Source: Chiloscyllium plagiosum
Taxonomy: Eukaryota
Direction: 5' to 3'
Assembly (NCBI RefSeq): GCF_004010195.1
Contig: NC_057719.1
Coordinates: 44,549,678 to 44,613,677 of the forward strand
DNA length: 64,000 nucleotides
Shown here: piece by piece, positions 12,808-25,748 of the stretch
Layout of the letters: each line of letters begins with the position of its first letter
Numbering within the stretch: position 1 is the first letter of the stretch
The notes under the pieces: model-generated
The model's input: only the letters and a program-made list of their open reading frames with translations
What the model was told of the DNA's origin: nothing
Databases searched by the model: none
Made by a program: the position numbers and the translations under genes

Positions 12808-13515
12808 TTAGAGTTATAGAGTTGTACAACATGGAAACAGACCTTCAGTCCAACCAGTCCATGCCGAAAATAATCCCAAACTAAACTTATCCCACCTGCC
12901 TGTTCCTGGCCCATATCCCTCCAAACTTTTCCTATTCATGTTTCTATCCAAATGTCTTTTAAACATTGTAATTGTACCCACATCCACCACTTTCACAGGA
13001 AGTTCTTTCCACATGCGAACCACCCTCTTTGTAAAAACATTGCGCCTTATATCTTTTTAAAATCTTTCTCCTCTCACCTTAAAAATGTGCACCCAGTCTT
13101 GAAATACCACATTGTAGGGAAAAGACAACTACCATTAACTCTATTTATACCTCTTGTTATTTTATAAACTTCTTTCAAATCGCCTCTCAACCTCCTGTGC
13201 TCCAGTGAAAAAAGTCCCAGCCTATCCAGACTTTCTTTATAACTCAAACATTCCATACCCAACAACATCCTGGTAAATCTCTTCTGAACCCTCTCCAGCT
13301 TGACAATAACTGGGTGACCAGAACTAAACACAGTATTCCACAAGAGGCCTCATCAATGTCCTATATCACTTCAACATGACTTCCCAACTCCTATACTCAA
13401 AGGACTGAGCAATGAAGACAAGTGTACCAAAAACCTTTTTAACCACCCTACATATGTGATGTAAACTTCAAAGAATTATGTACCTGCGCCCATAGGTCCC
13501 TCTGTTCTGCAACAC
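12808..13515 (-). mobile_element. CR1 LINE 3' fragment
   Basis: KLERVQKRFTRML..LSYKESLDRLGLFSLEHRRLRGDL; CR1 tail. Confidence 0.92.
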
Positions 13516-15134
13516 TACCAGTTGGTGCATTTCTGCTCTTGGAGCAGCGATTGATAATATTAAATTGCTTTTGCTACAGACTGGCTCTTCAGTCTGCTGT
13601 GGATACTCCCTTTTAGCATCAGCTATGGGTGTAGATTACCATTAATCTTTGCTAAATATTTTGATTTGATTAGCTTTTATTCCTTTTAGAGTGGCAACAA
13701 TAGGCATGTGTCTCCTCCCTCATTAATACCGTTATCTGAGGGCCGTGCATGGAAGATTTGTCCTCAATTTGCATGTCATTGTTTTAGCTTTTGTTTTCAG
13801 TATCTAAGCCTTACTTCTGAATACTTGGATATCATATTGCAGTAAGTCAATGCTTCTATTATTAACAAAAATAATTTGCAATTTAAAGGTAAAATTGATC
13901 ACTTCTTGCCTTGAAAAGAAAACATTGGGGGGTCCACTTGAGCTGTACTAGTTTAGAAGGAATGTATGTATTATTTCATAAACAATGATGCCACAGAACA
14001 AGATCTAACAGAGGGCTTTCTCTCTCTCTCCCAGAGTGATACTAAAAATAGTAATCAACTGAGAAGCATCAACAAGCTGCTAAGAATGATAGGAAAGAAA
14101 ATTAAGAAATTTTCTTCTTGTACTTTCAGTTTTTACTTTAGTGCTACATTGAAAATTTGCTAATAATGCATGGCAACCAGTTAATAAAACAGTTTGATAT
14201 ATGATTAAATATTTTCTTTCTAAGAAAGAAAGGGAGATTCTTGTTGCTGACTGTAAAAAATTGTTTTTTTGTAAGATTTTTATTTTATTCCAGCAGAATC
14301 CAAATAGTTATTATCAAAGATGCATTCTTTGCTAGTTTATTCAATAATAGACCACATCTGATGTAATATGAAGTGCATAAAGCTTTCTATCTGCAATATG
14401 AAACAAATATTAACATAACATTGAGAATATAATCAAAAAGCTTACAATAACTGAAAGCTGTAAGCTGAAAATGTTTTATGTACTAAATAAATTACTCATT
14501 AAAGCCTAGAATTTCACTTTGACAGTCTGACATCTTTATTCGAAACCTGGTTGGTTTAGAAATTGGTCCTGACTAAGCCCATTACATAAGTAAAATGCAA
14601 GGGTAACAACCAGATTTGCAATGTGCTCAAAAGCTGTTTGATAAACATCCAATACAATATTGGCCCAGAATGATTCTCAGGAGGCCTGGGCAGTTGGTTA
14701 ACAGTTGGCTATGGCAGGCATCAGCTGCTTGCCTGTGTGATTAAAATGAAGCCTGAGGCCCAATTTCAAGTAAGCCCCAAGCCTCTGGCATACACTTGAA
14801 GCCGTTTTATATTTTGGGCCTGAAAATGAGCCAGAACCTGTTTCTACCCGATTATGTTCAATTTGACAAAATTACCCTTAATGCTGTGGTACAGATGACT
14901 CACTGACTGGAGTAAATTAGACATGAAAGCTAATATTATCAACCAAAAAGACAACAGAATTGGTAAACCATTTGTATTTTGATTCTTTAAGGCCTACACT
15001 GAGATATTTCACAGGCCACAGGCATGATGGGCTAAATCGTCTCCTTCTGTGCTGTAAATTCTGAGTCTACGAATAAAAGTGATTCATACTGTATTATAGT
15101 AGAGTTTTCTCAAAACTTTCTTCACTAAATTCAT

Positions 15135-15426
15135 GGATGGCACGGTGACACAGTGGTTAGCACTGCTGCCTCACAGCACTAGAGACCTGGGTTCAATTCC
15201 TGCCTCAGGTGACTGTCTGTGTGGAGTTTGCACACTGTCTGCGTGGGTTTCCTCCAGATTCTCCGGTTTCCTCCCACAATCCAAAAATGTGCAGGTTAGG
15301 TGAATTGGCCCTGCTAAATTGCCTGTAGTGTAGGGGAATGGGTCTGGGTAGGTTATGCTTCGGTAGGTCGGTGTGGACTTGTTGGGCCGAAGGGCCTGTT
15401 TCCACACTGTAAGTAATCTAATCTAA
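15135..15426 (+). mobile_element. tRNA-derived SINE (HE1-like)
   Basis: Pol III A box TGACACAGTGG, B box GGTTCAATTCC, (TAATC)n tail. Confidence 0.9.
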
Positions 15427-16358
15427 ATTTTTATCCATTGTCAATTGATTGAAAAGAGATGAGTAAGGATAATGCTGGTTTGTTTTTACACCCAGTGTCA
15501 TCAAAGTATCACTCGAAGGACAAATAGGTTTGATGCAGAAGCATATCTTCTTTTAGTCTTTTCTCAATAATGTGATTAAATGTTGACCTCAAAACACTCA
15601 TCAGTGTTACATTTTTGGTTCTGATACTACACTACTTTCTGGGCATGCACTAAGTTAGATAAAACATGAGGGTTTTGATGTTGCCTGGCCTCTGTAATAC
15701 TGTCTGGATGAAAATCCAATAAAGATGTTTCACATAGTAGGTAAAACCCAGGGGCAAATTTACTAAGCATGGAATCATATTTTTGCTGCCTCCTAATTAT
15801 ATCTGTCAATATATTTGAAGTTTTGTACATAATATGCACTTCATATAACACACTCTGCTCATCACTTTTTTCTGAGAGAGCTTCAGTCATTTCAATCTTC
15901 AGGGATGAATTTGTCGATGCCATTGTTTATCAAATCAGCTCAGCAACAAGAGAAAAATACTAATTGTACATTGCATATAGATATTAATACATTAAAACAA
16001 ACCGATTTTAATGCAATCTGGAAATATTCAGTGACTGTTTTAAAAACATATTAAGCAGCCCAACAAAGATGACCACACCTGTAATCATGTGATTAAACTT
16101 AGCAGTAACTTTCCAGATACTGCTCAGAAGTCAAAGTAAGCTGAACAATCAACTCCTCTTGTACTTCCTGATGGGACTGGAATGCTAACTATAGTGTTAT
16201 AAGCTGCCACAGATACAAACTGTCTCCAAGTCTCTTAAGCCATAAAATTAGAAGCTAGTCAAATAATTTAAAGTGTGTTAATGATTTTTCACTTAACATC
16301 GGAGATTGGTCATGGACACTTATCTATCCACAATGCAAGCCCTGTTTCAATGATAACT

Positions 16359-18902
16359 GCTGTGGTTGTGGGTTCGCTGAGCTGGGAAGTTGATTTGCAG
16401 ACATTTCATCCCCAGTCTGGGTGACATCTTCAGTACTTCGAAGCCTCCTGTGAAGCGCTGCTGCTTCCGGTTGCTGGTTTCGGTAGTTCATTGCAGTGGT
16501 TGGTATATTAGGTCTAGGTCTATGTGTTTGTTGATGGAGTCAGTAGATGAGTGAGATGCTACTAGAAATTCTCTGGTTTAGCTTGCCTTATGATTGTTGT
16601 GTTGTCCCAGTGTCGGATTTCTGGTATTTGTCACCTGTGTGTATGGCTACTAGGGACAGCTGGTTGTGGCATTTAGTGGCTAGCTAGTGTTCATGGATGC
16701 GGATTGCTAGTTGACTGCCTGTTTGTACTCTATAGTGTTTCATGCAGTCATTGCATGGAATCTTGTAAATTAAGTCAGTGATGCACATGGTGGGTGTAGA
16801 GTCTTTTGTCATAGTGAGTTGTCTGAGTGTGGCTGTCAGTTTATGGGCTGTCATGAATTTGAGTGGTTGGAGGAGTCTGGATGTTAGTTCTGAGAGTTTT
16901 TTATATAAGGTAGTGTGGTGAGTGCGTCAAGTCGTGGCATGTCCTCATCACGTTGTTTGTCTGCTAGGCATTTGCAAATAAAGTTGCAGAGGTATCCGTT
17001 CTTGATGAAGACTCTGTAGAGATGTTCTTCTTCTTTTCACAGGTCTGGGGTGCTGCAGTGTGTTGTATCTGTTTTGAACAAGGTTCTAATGCAGCTTCTG
17101 TTGTGTGTGTTGTAGTTCAGGTTCTGGTCCATGTGTGTTACTTTTCTGTACACTTCTGTGGTGCATTCACTGTTCTGTGTTCTTTCTACCATTACATTTC
17201 AGGAATGGGAGTCGATTGTTGGTTTCCTCCTTTCTCATAAATCTGATCCCTGTGAGCATAGTGTTGATAATCCGGTGTGTGTTCTCAATTTCCATTCTCT
17301 TAATAATTACAAAAGTGTCATCCACTTATCTGATCCAGAGTTTTGGCTGGATTTGTGGGAGGGCTTTTGTTCCAGTCTTTGCATCATTGCTTCTGCTATG
17401 AGCTTGGAGATGGGTGAGCCCATAGGTGTTCCATTGATCTGTTCACATATTTGGTTGTTGAATGTGAAGTTTGTCATCAAGCACAGGTCTAGTAGCTTGA
17501 GTATGCAGTCCTTGTTGATAGGTTCCCCTTCATGTTGTCTGTTCTGTTTGTCTAGGAAGTTGGCAATTGTGTCTCTGATCAGAGTTTTGTCAATTGAAGT
17601 GAACAGTGCCATTGCATTAAATGAGACCATTGCTTCGACCTTGTCTATGTTTATGTTCTTGATGTTGTCTAGGAATTCCTGTCATGATTGTAGGGAGTGT
17701 TTGGATCTGCTGATAAGATTTTTCAGTTTTTGTTGAAGTTCTTTTGCCAGTTTATGTGATGGAGTTCCAGAGTGTGCCGCAATGGATCTAAGTCTGGTTT
17801 GTGTACCTTGGGTAATCAGTAAAATATTGGGGTGTTGTTGCTTTCTGGTTTCATCCTTTGTAGGTCAGACTTGGTTAGCAACCTTTTTTTGTAGGTTCCG
17901 CAGTGTGTTGTTTACTCCATTGGTTCGCTGTGGTGTGGGATCATACTCCCTCTGTAGGTAGGTGTCAGTATCTGCAAGTAGTTTCTCTGCTTTCTGAATA
18001 TATTTGGTCTTGTCCATAATGACCATCATTTTGCCTTTATCCGCTTGTACTATGATTATGTTCCTATCCTTTTTGAGTGTGTTGAGGATTTCTCTCCTTA
18101 GTGTTGAGATTGTTCATTTGTCTTTTCTTTGTGAGTACAATGCTTGCTGTTTCTCTTAGGTTAGTCCGTTAGTCTTGAGCATACATTCTAGTGCAGCTAG
18201 GAAGTCTGTAATTTTTATGGCCTTGTGGTTGTAGTTGGTACCTTGGCTAGTCTGGTTTTTTCTGTGTCTGTGAGCTGTCTTTTGGAGAGGTTTCTTATCC
18301 AGGTGTCAGTCATGTTGTCTTCTCTGCTGTTGGCTAGTATAGTCATTTTGTCTTGTAGTGCTGTTCTCTTTTTATATGTGTTCCGTTCTGTCCTATGGTG
18401 ATGACCTGTTGGATTGTTGTGGTCCCCTTATGATTGGTTGTTTTTAAAACTAACAATTTTTCACACGCAGTTTCTTGTCTGTACCTGTGTAGTTTGTTGT
18501 GTGTCCATAATCAGATGTCCCTAGTAGCCATACACACAGAGGACAAAGATCACAAATTTGACTGGGACAACATATTGATCATAGGACAAGCTAAACAGAG
18601 GACAGCCAGAGAATTTCCAGAAGTATGGCACTCATCCATGGATTCCATCAACAAACGCATAGTCCTAGACTCAATATAATGCCCACGACAACAAACTACC
18701 GGAACCAGCAAACAGAAACAGCAGGAACGGAACTAAATAAATTCCAGAAGACACAGCATGGCAGCACTTCACAGGAGGCTTCAAGGCACTGAAGATGTCA
18801 CCTAGACAGGGGATGAAACATCTGCAAATCAATCTCCCAGCTCAGCAAACATACCCACAACCATGGCAACTGGCACCAAAGCTACAAGTCTTGACGTAAA
18901 CC
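16359..18902 (-). mobile_element. Penelope-like element (RT + GIY-YIG) with inverted terminal pLTR
   Basis: 13-bp TSD TTCAATGA(T/C)AACT at 16346-16358 and 18903-18915; minus-strand MVSFNAMALFTSID, QINGTPMGSPIS and IYKIPCNDC; 3' end repeated inverted at about 18506-18864. Confidence 0.9.
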
Positions 18903-19229
18903 TTCAATGACAACTCTTCACCACAATGCTTGGGTAATTGACTCCCACGACGCTGAACCCAACTGCCTTTTAACCATAACATTTTGAAATTGCAATTAGT
19001 TAAAAGGTCAGTGCTGCTTCATCAACTGACAATATCAAAATCATAACTTTGAGCTAAAAAAATAAAGTCTGCAGTATGTAGAAAGCAAGCCAATAACCTT
19101 TATTTAAGCTCTCTGCAAGTAATAAACCTTCTTTGGTAAAACAGCAAAGCAATATTCCTTAGAAGATGTTCCAAGGAATTTCAAACAGAACAAACTGTCT
19201 TAAACTCCATTGACTGAATGTTGGACAAC

Positions 19230-19496
19230 CGTGACACAGTGGTTAGCACTGCTGCCTCACAGCGCCAGAGACCCAGGTTCAATTCCCGCCTCAGGCGACT
19301 GACTGTGTGGAGTTTGCACGTTCTTCCCGTGTCTGCCTGGGTTTCCTCCAGGTGCTCCAGTTTCCTCCCACAGTCCAAGGATGTGCAGGTGAGGTGAATT
19401 GGCCAGGCTAAATTGCCCGTAGAGTTAGGTAAGGGGTACATGTAGGGGTATGGGTGGGTTGCGCTTCTTCCACACTGTAAGTAATCTAATTTAATC
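19230..19496 (+). mobile_element. tRNA-derived SINE (HE1-like), internally deleted
   Basis: A and B boxes, same body as 15135 and 43684, TAATC tail. Confidence 0.9.
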
Positions 19497-20129
19497 AATT
19501 GATCCCTGACACAATGGAATTTTGGTCACCAAGCAAGAATATTTATAAATAGATATCCTTTAGTTATTTTGTACTCAAGTTGTTGCTAATTGAATAATCT
19601 TTTTATCCACTTATATGTTTATGGGTGTGCATGTGCTGTGAAGCATATCCCCCATTGCATTGATAAGTGTTTAACACTGTTCCAGTGTTGTTGCGATCCT
19701 TATAAACTCAGAGCCCACAAACAGGGAACAGATGAAATACACCACATTGTTCATAAGCATAACTTTCTTACACACTGGTGATGACAAAAAGAGAGATTTG
19801 TTTTATAACTTGCAATCTATCCACAACACTTTAAACATTGTACCAAACTCTGATAAGAAGAGTCATTAGACCTTCTATAATGACCATTTTCACTGTGCTA
19901 GTGAAAGGAAGTAATTTAAATTTATTTAGTGCTTTTTAGATTCATAGATTGTCTCAAAAGTATTTCATGCCAATAAACACTTTTTAATGACTGGAATAGA
20001 GGTTATATAAGAACCATTTTCAAAGATGAACAAATTAAAAATAATGATGAGATAAATGACCAATTCATGTTAGCTGTCTAATGGTCACGGAGCACCAAAT
20101 ATTAGTTCTTTGATCATCTTGTCTTGATG

Positions 20130-20730
20130 TAGAGTCATAGAGTTATACAGCTTGGAAACAGACCTCTTAGTCCCACTCATCCATGCTGACCAGATATCCT
20201 GAACTGATCTAGTCCCATTTGTCAGCATTTGATTCATTTCCCTCCAGATCCTTCCTATTCATGTATTCATCCAAATGCCTGTTGTGATTGTACCCCCCCC
20301 CCACTTCATCAGCTCTTCTGGCAGCTCGTTCCACACAGACTACCTTCTGCGTGAAAACGTTGCCCCTTCTAAGTCTTTCCCCCTCTCACCTTAAACGTAT
20401 GTCTTCTAGTTTTGGACTCCCCTACACTTTGACTATTCACCCTATCCATGCCCCTCATGATTTTATAAACTTCTGTAAGATCAGCCCTCAGCCTCTGATG
20501 CTTCAGGAAAAGTTGCTCCAATCTATTTAGCCTATACCCATAATGCAAACTCTCCAGTCTCAGCAACATCCTTTAAAATCCATTCTGAACCCTTTCAAGC
20601 TTAATAACATCTTTCTTATGGCAGGGAGACCAGAATTGAATGCAGCATTCTAAAAGTGGCCTCACCAATGTCTTGTACAGCCGCAACATGACGTCTCAAG
20701 TTATACTCAATACACTGACCAATCAAGGCA
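20130..20730 (-). mobile_element. CR1 LINE 3' fragment
   Basis: RLRADLTEVYKIMRGMDRV; agagtcatagag tail. Confidence 0.88.
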
Positions 20731-21269
20731 AGTATCGATATATCTTGCACTTTCAACTAAACAAGCAAATATTTAATTTGACACCTCATCCAAAAGACAA
20801 AATACTCTACTTCCTCCCCATTGGTAGTACTCCTTCAACAGCAACAATCATTTCAAATGTATGTGCTTTCCAAAAGGAGAATTGAGGGGGCGAATCTACA
20901 ATTGGATCCAACTGCTCTACACAAATGATTGGGAATCATAAAACTTCTCAAATTTCTCTCCCTTGGCTTATTTGCGTATTGTATAGAACCTTGTTCCAAG
21001 CCCATCTGGAAGGCTGAGGGGTTGAGAGAGGTGGCTATCCTAGGTAGCAAAGGCATGCATGACAAAGCCTCTCTGTACATGGAAAAGCATTGCTGGCTTC
21101 CGCTCAGACGTGTTGGCATGCACTCATGAGAGTCTGCGAGTATGAACTGGCCTAGGAGCCAAGATCACTCAAGATGAGAGCAATTGGGCTGATTGATGCT
21201 TTGCTCCATCACCATCAGGTCAGACTGCATGAAGACACTGGCGATAGGAAGGAAGCACTAGTGCATGTA

Positions 21270-22910
21270 CTAAAAATGGGTCTGATCCACTAACGTCCTT
21301 TAGGGTTGGAAATCTGCCATCCTTACCTAGTGCCCTATATGTGATTCCAGACTCAAAGCAATGTGGTTGACGGGAAACTATAGACCTGAGTCTGACTTTG
21401 GTTGTGCTTAAATTGTTAGAGGTCATTATAAAAGATAGGATTTATGAACATTTAAAAAGGCAAAAATGATTAAGGATAGTCAGTATGGTTTTGTGTGAGG
21501 ATAATTGTGTCTCACAAATTTGTTTGAGTTTTTTTTGAGGAAGTTACCAAAAAGCTTGATGATGTTTATTTGGATTTTAGTAAAGCCTTCGATAAGGTTT
21601 TGCATGGTAGACTAATTAGTAAAGGTAGGGATGGGATTCAGGACGAGCCTGCCAATTGGATACATAATTGGCTTAACAGCAGGAGACAGAGCGTAATGGT
21701 ATCTGGTTGCTTTTCACACTGGAGGCCTGTGACCAGTGGTGTTCCACAGAGATCAGTCCTGAGTCCTCTTTTGTTTGTCATTTGTATAAAATGACTTGGA
21801 TGAGAATATGGAAGGCATGGTTAGTAAGTTTGTGGACAACACCAAAATTGGTGGCATTGTAGACAATGAAGAAGGTTTTCTAAGATTACAAAGAGATATT
21901 GATCAAATGGGTCAATGGGCTGAAAAATGGCAGATGGAGTTCAATTTCGATAAATGCAAGGTATTGCATTTTGGTACAACAAACAAGGGTAGGGCTTATA
22001 CAATTAATGGTAGGGCCTTGAGTAGTGTAGAAGAGGGACCTAGGGTTGCAGGTACATAATTCTTTGAAGTCTGTGTCACATATATATAGGGTGGTTAAAA
22101 AAGTCATTACACACTTGTCTTCAATGCTCAGTCCTTTTGAGTATAGGAGTTGCCAAGTCATGTTGAGGTTATTCAGGACATTGGTGAGGCCTCTTCTGGA
22201 ATACTGTGTCCACTTAAAGGAAGAATTTATCAAACTGGAGAGGGTTCAGAAGAGATTTACCAGAATGTAGCCGGATATGGAAGGTTTGAGTTATAAAGAA
22301 AGGCTGAATAGGCTGGGACCTTTTTCACTGAAGTGTAAGAGGTTAAAAGGTGATCGGAAAGAGGTTTTTAAAATAATAAGAGGTATAGATAGAGTTAATG
22401 GTAGTTGTCTTTTCCCTAGGATGGGGTATTTCAAGACTATGGGGTACATTTTAAGGTGAGAGGAGAGAGATGTAAAAAGACATATGAGGCAATATTTTAC
22501 ACAGAGGGCAGTTTGTGTGTGGAATGAACTTCCTGAGAAAGTGGTGGATGCGAGTGGATGCCGGTCTCATTCCTGAAGAAGGGCTTATGCCTGAAATGTC
22601 GATTCTCCTGCTCCTTGGTGCTGCCTGGCCTGCTGTGTTTTTCCAGCACATTTTTCAACTCAACGATGCGGGTACAATTTCAACATTTAGAAGACAATTG
22701 GATAAATCCACAAATTGAAATGGATTGAATGGATACGGGCCAGGAGCAGGCATGTGGGACTAGTTTAGTTTGGGATCATGTTCGGCATAGACTGGTTAGA
22801 TCGAAGGGTCTGTTTCCATGCTGTATGACTCTATGACTCAGGACTGTCCGTTGGGCAATAAATGCTTGCTGAACGAGTGACACCTGCAACCCATGATGAA
22901 GAATGAACAT
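21270..22910 (+). mobile_element. SINE core (21270-21370 and 22840-22910) interrupted by a CR1 RT fragment (21371-22839)
   Basis: SINE core cactaa.gtcctttaggg..ggaaatctgcc also at 52950, 56150 and 60885; CR1 DFSKAFDKV, SGVPQRSVLSP, KFVDNTKIGG and CTATGACT tail. Confidence 0.85.
22566..22664 (+). mobile_element. PLE 3'-end mini-insertion with hammerhead core, inside a CR1
   Basis: CTGAAGA-A-GGGCTTATGCCT-GAAATGTC at 22573-22600; GATGC(G/C) duplicated on both sides. Confidence 0.8.
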
Positions 22911-23169
22911 ACATTGTGTCCATTCTGATGGGCCTTGAATCATGCATAATTCTGAATGTCTCTGCTTTATGGCACGACTACACCTAGGCATTCTGTCCAT
23001 CACCCTGCATTCTTCCCAATGCCTTCTAGATCTGCCAAATCCAATTCTGTCCTGTGATGTGTGTACCCCCTGTTACATGTCCATTGCATGGTTATATTAC
23101 ATTCAGGGAGTCTGCTCGACCCTTTCCCACCCCCACAACACCAACACCACCACCACCTGGAAATCACTG

Positions 23170-23240
23170 TGACTGCGCATGTCCCGCCTAGGTGACACGC
23201 GCAGTGCGTAGCGGATGTGTCGGGAAGATGGCGGCGGCCG
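23170..23240 (+). promoter_or_regulatory. Compact CpG-rich TATA-less TMX1 promoter with NRF1-like, GC-box and YY1 motifs
   Basis: TGCGCATGTC 23174-23183 (NRF1-like), CCCGCC 23183-23188, AAGATGGCGGC 23225-23235 (YY1 consensus over the ATG); local CpG retention in otherwise CpG-depleted DNA. Confidence 0.65.
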
Positions 23241-23394
23241 GGTCCTCGGGGCGGCCTGAGCTCGGTTTGGTAACGTTGTTACTGTTGACCGTGTGGGCTT
23301 CAGTATTGGCCGTACAGGCCCAGAGGAGTCCAGTCAAAGTCATCACCGACCACAACTGGAGGGAGATCCTGGAAGGAGAATGGATGGTGGAGTT
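23228..23394 (+). CDS. TMX1: TMX1 coding exon 1 (signal peptide, start of thioredoxin domain)
   Basis: ATG in strong context (aagATGg); MAAAGSSGRPELGLVTLLLLTVWASVLAVQAQ...VITDHNWREILEGEWMVEF; donor GTGAGT at 23395, phase 2. Confidence 0.95.
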
Positions 23395-23410
23395 GTGAGT
23401 GACGGGAGGT

Positions 23411-23450
23411 GGGATGGGGATGGGGATGGGGATGGGGATGGGGATGGGGA
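23411..23450 (+). repeat. (GGGGAT)n hexamer repeat at the 5' end of TMX1 intron 1
   Basis: Five perfect GGGGAT units plus partial flanking units. Confidence 0.95.
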
Positions 23451-23789
23451 ACTGAGCCTCCGGGACTGGGCGGTTCTCCCACGTGCTGTTTGCAGCAAGT
23501 TGTGTTCCTGAGACTGAGTCAGTGAAGGTTGAAAAAAATTACCGAAATTGAACCACATCAGGGCCAGTAACCATCACCCAGGAAGGGCTGTCACTTTTAA
23601 CAATCACATCCCTACCTCCTTTAAACTTTTCTGAGTTACGATGTCTAAAATAACTTACAGATGTTTTGCTACTCATAGGATTTCTAAAAGTAAGAGTAAT
23701 TTAAAACAAAAAAAAGGGGGTTGGGTTGCAGTGATTCTAGTAAGTAACTATGCATTTGTGTTAATCTGTATGTCCACTTTAATCTCCAG

Positions 23790-23905
23790 CTATGCCCCCT
23801 GGTGTCCTGCCTGCCAGCAGCTACAGTCTGAATGGAATGAGTTTGCAGAGTGGAGTGATGATCTGGGTGTTAACGTAGCCAAAGTGGATGTAACTGAACA
23901 GCCAG
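23790..23905 (+). CDS. TMX1: TMX1 coding exon 2 (WCPAC active site)
   Basis: Acceptor ctccAG; F-YAPWCPACQQLQSEWNEFAEWSDDLGVNVAKVDVTEQPG; donor GTAAT. CPAC is the TMX1 motif (TMX4 has CPSC). Confidence 0.97.
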
Positions 23906-24742
23906 GTAATTTTCTGCAGTAGTGTCATTGCACTCAAATAATATTTTGTTGTGGGGAACAAAACCTGACTAAAATCTCCTGTAAAGAATGAATCTTCAGA
24001 AGTGTGTGCAAACTAGAAGGACTGATTATTATTTCCACTCTTGAGAAGAACGTGATAGATTTTCACACTTGAGAGGTTTTTTTTTAATTCTGCCAGTGTT
24101 AAACCAATAATTGCAAAAGCATTTCAGCTGAATGGAATATTTTGTTATTGCCAGTTCTCTGCACAAATGTTTCAAATCTGTATAATTGTACCCTTCTGAT
24201 TTTATGGCTGCATGCTTTATTCTTGATGTAATTGTAATAATCTATATGAGGAGTATTTGTGCTTTGCATATGGAGGTAGTTGCTACATAAAGTGACAAGG
24301 ATGTAGTTTTTATTCATTTTGTACTGGGGCAAGTGCCTAGGTTTCGTAAGCATTGTTTTTGTCAGAAGTCTGAACTATAAATCAGCATGTGGTCTTTGAA
24401 ATATTGTGCCTGTTTGTCACTTCAGAAATATCAATTTTAGTATTGCTCATCTGCAGAATCCAACTTGGAGTCATAAATATGAATCCAACTTGGAGTCATA
24501 AATACCTTCCAATCTGTATAAGTCATGTTGAAATAAAATTTTCAGTTTATCTGCTGAAAAATAAGAAATATATAGTAAGCTCTGCTTGCCTGGGCAAACT
24601 GACTGGCAACAGTTAAAGACTCCTTTCTTAAGTGATATTTAGTACTTTTTTTTAATCAACCCATTGTTTTGTTCATAATTGATACAAAGGTTTCTTAATT
24701 ATTTTGTTTTAACTGAGAATCCATTTTGTATTTTTAAAATAG

Positions 24743-24788
24743 GTTTGAGTGGCCGTTTCATTATTACTGCTCTTCCTACAATATACCA
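24743..24788 (+). CDS. TMX1: TMX1 coding exon 3
   Basis: AG/GT bounded, 46 nt, GLSGRFIITALPTIYH, phases match the neighbouring exons. Confidence 0.95.
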
Positions 24789-25424
24789 GTGAGTATATAA
24801 TACTTCGCTACAAATAGCACTGGACAAAATTACAACGTACAGTATATTTACTTATATCTAAGTTCTTTTTATATCATTTTAATATCCACAAATACATAAA
24901 TCTTTAAACATCATGCTGATCCTGTAGAACACATGATTGAGACTTTTGCCTTTTTCAAAACCATTTAAAATTACTTTGATAATGAGTTTACACTCCTTAT
25001 GAATAAGAATGTGATTTGTCATACGCATCTTGTGGTAATGTAGCATTGCCTGAAACTGTAATTACAATTCTTTCCCTTTTCTTAGGATATCAGCTATGTG
25101 TCTTTAATATAGACTACAAATCAACTTTTTTACAAGTAAAAATTAGATATTTGCAGGAAATCAATACAGATCCAAAGAGTGTAAGCATCTTGGTAACTCT
25201 CAATGCAGAATTTGGGCTCATGCATCTGTAATGTGTTTAATCCACAATCTTTGTATTATGAAGCCTTTAAATAACCTTCTTTATTCAATGAATTATGTAT
25301 AACTTGCCAAAAATGCATCTACATCTCATTGTCTGGGAAAGATGCTCTGAGGCATTCCCCTGTACCCAGAGATGATCTTTTGAGATCTGTTCCAGTCAAC
25401 TGACCTAGAAAATAGAAGATTCAT

Positions 25425-25748
25425 AAATCCCTACAGTGCCGCAAGAGGCCATTAGGCCCTTCGACTCTGTACTGACTTTCAAAGAACATCTCATCCAGAT
25501 CCACCCTGTCTCCATAACTACATATTTTGCATGTCTAATCTCGCTAGCCTACTTCCCTGGACACTGTGGGCAATTTAGCTTGCTCAGTCACCTAATTTGC
25601 ACATCTTTAGACTGTGGGAGGAAACCAGAGCACCCAGTGGAAACCCAGCCATACACTGGGAGGCTGTGCAAACTGCACACAGACAGTCATCCAAAGATGG
25701 AATTGAACCCAGATCCCTGGTTCCGTGAGGCAGCAGTGGAAACCACTT
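25425..25748 (-). mobile_element. Older tRNA-derived SINE in TMX1 intron 3
   Basis: Diverged match to the HE1-like body and B box (ggaattgaaccc). Confidence 0.8.

Noticed and set aside
17131..17736. 201-aa plus-strand ORF
   Set aside because: Antisense to the Penelope RT, with no independent coding signal
23192..23227. N-terminal extension of TMX1 from the ORF-track start (MTRAVRSGCVGK)
   Set aside because: It starts at GTG; ATG 23228 has a strong Kozak context and directly precedes the signal peptide
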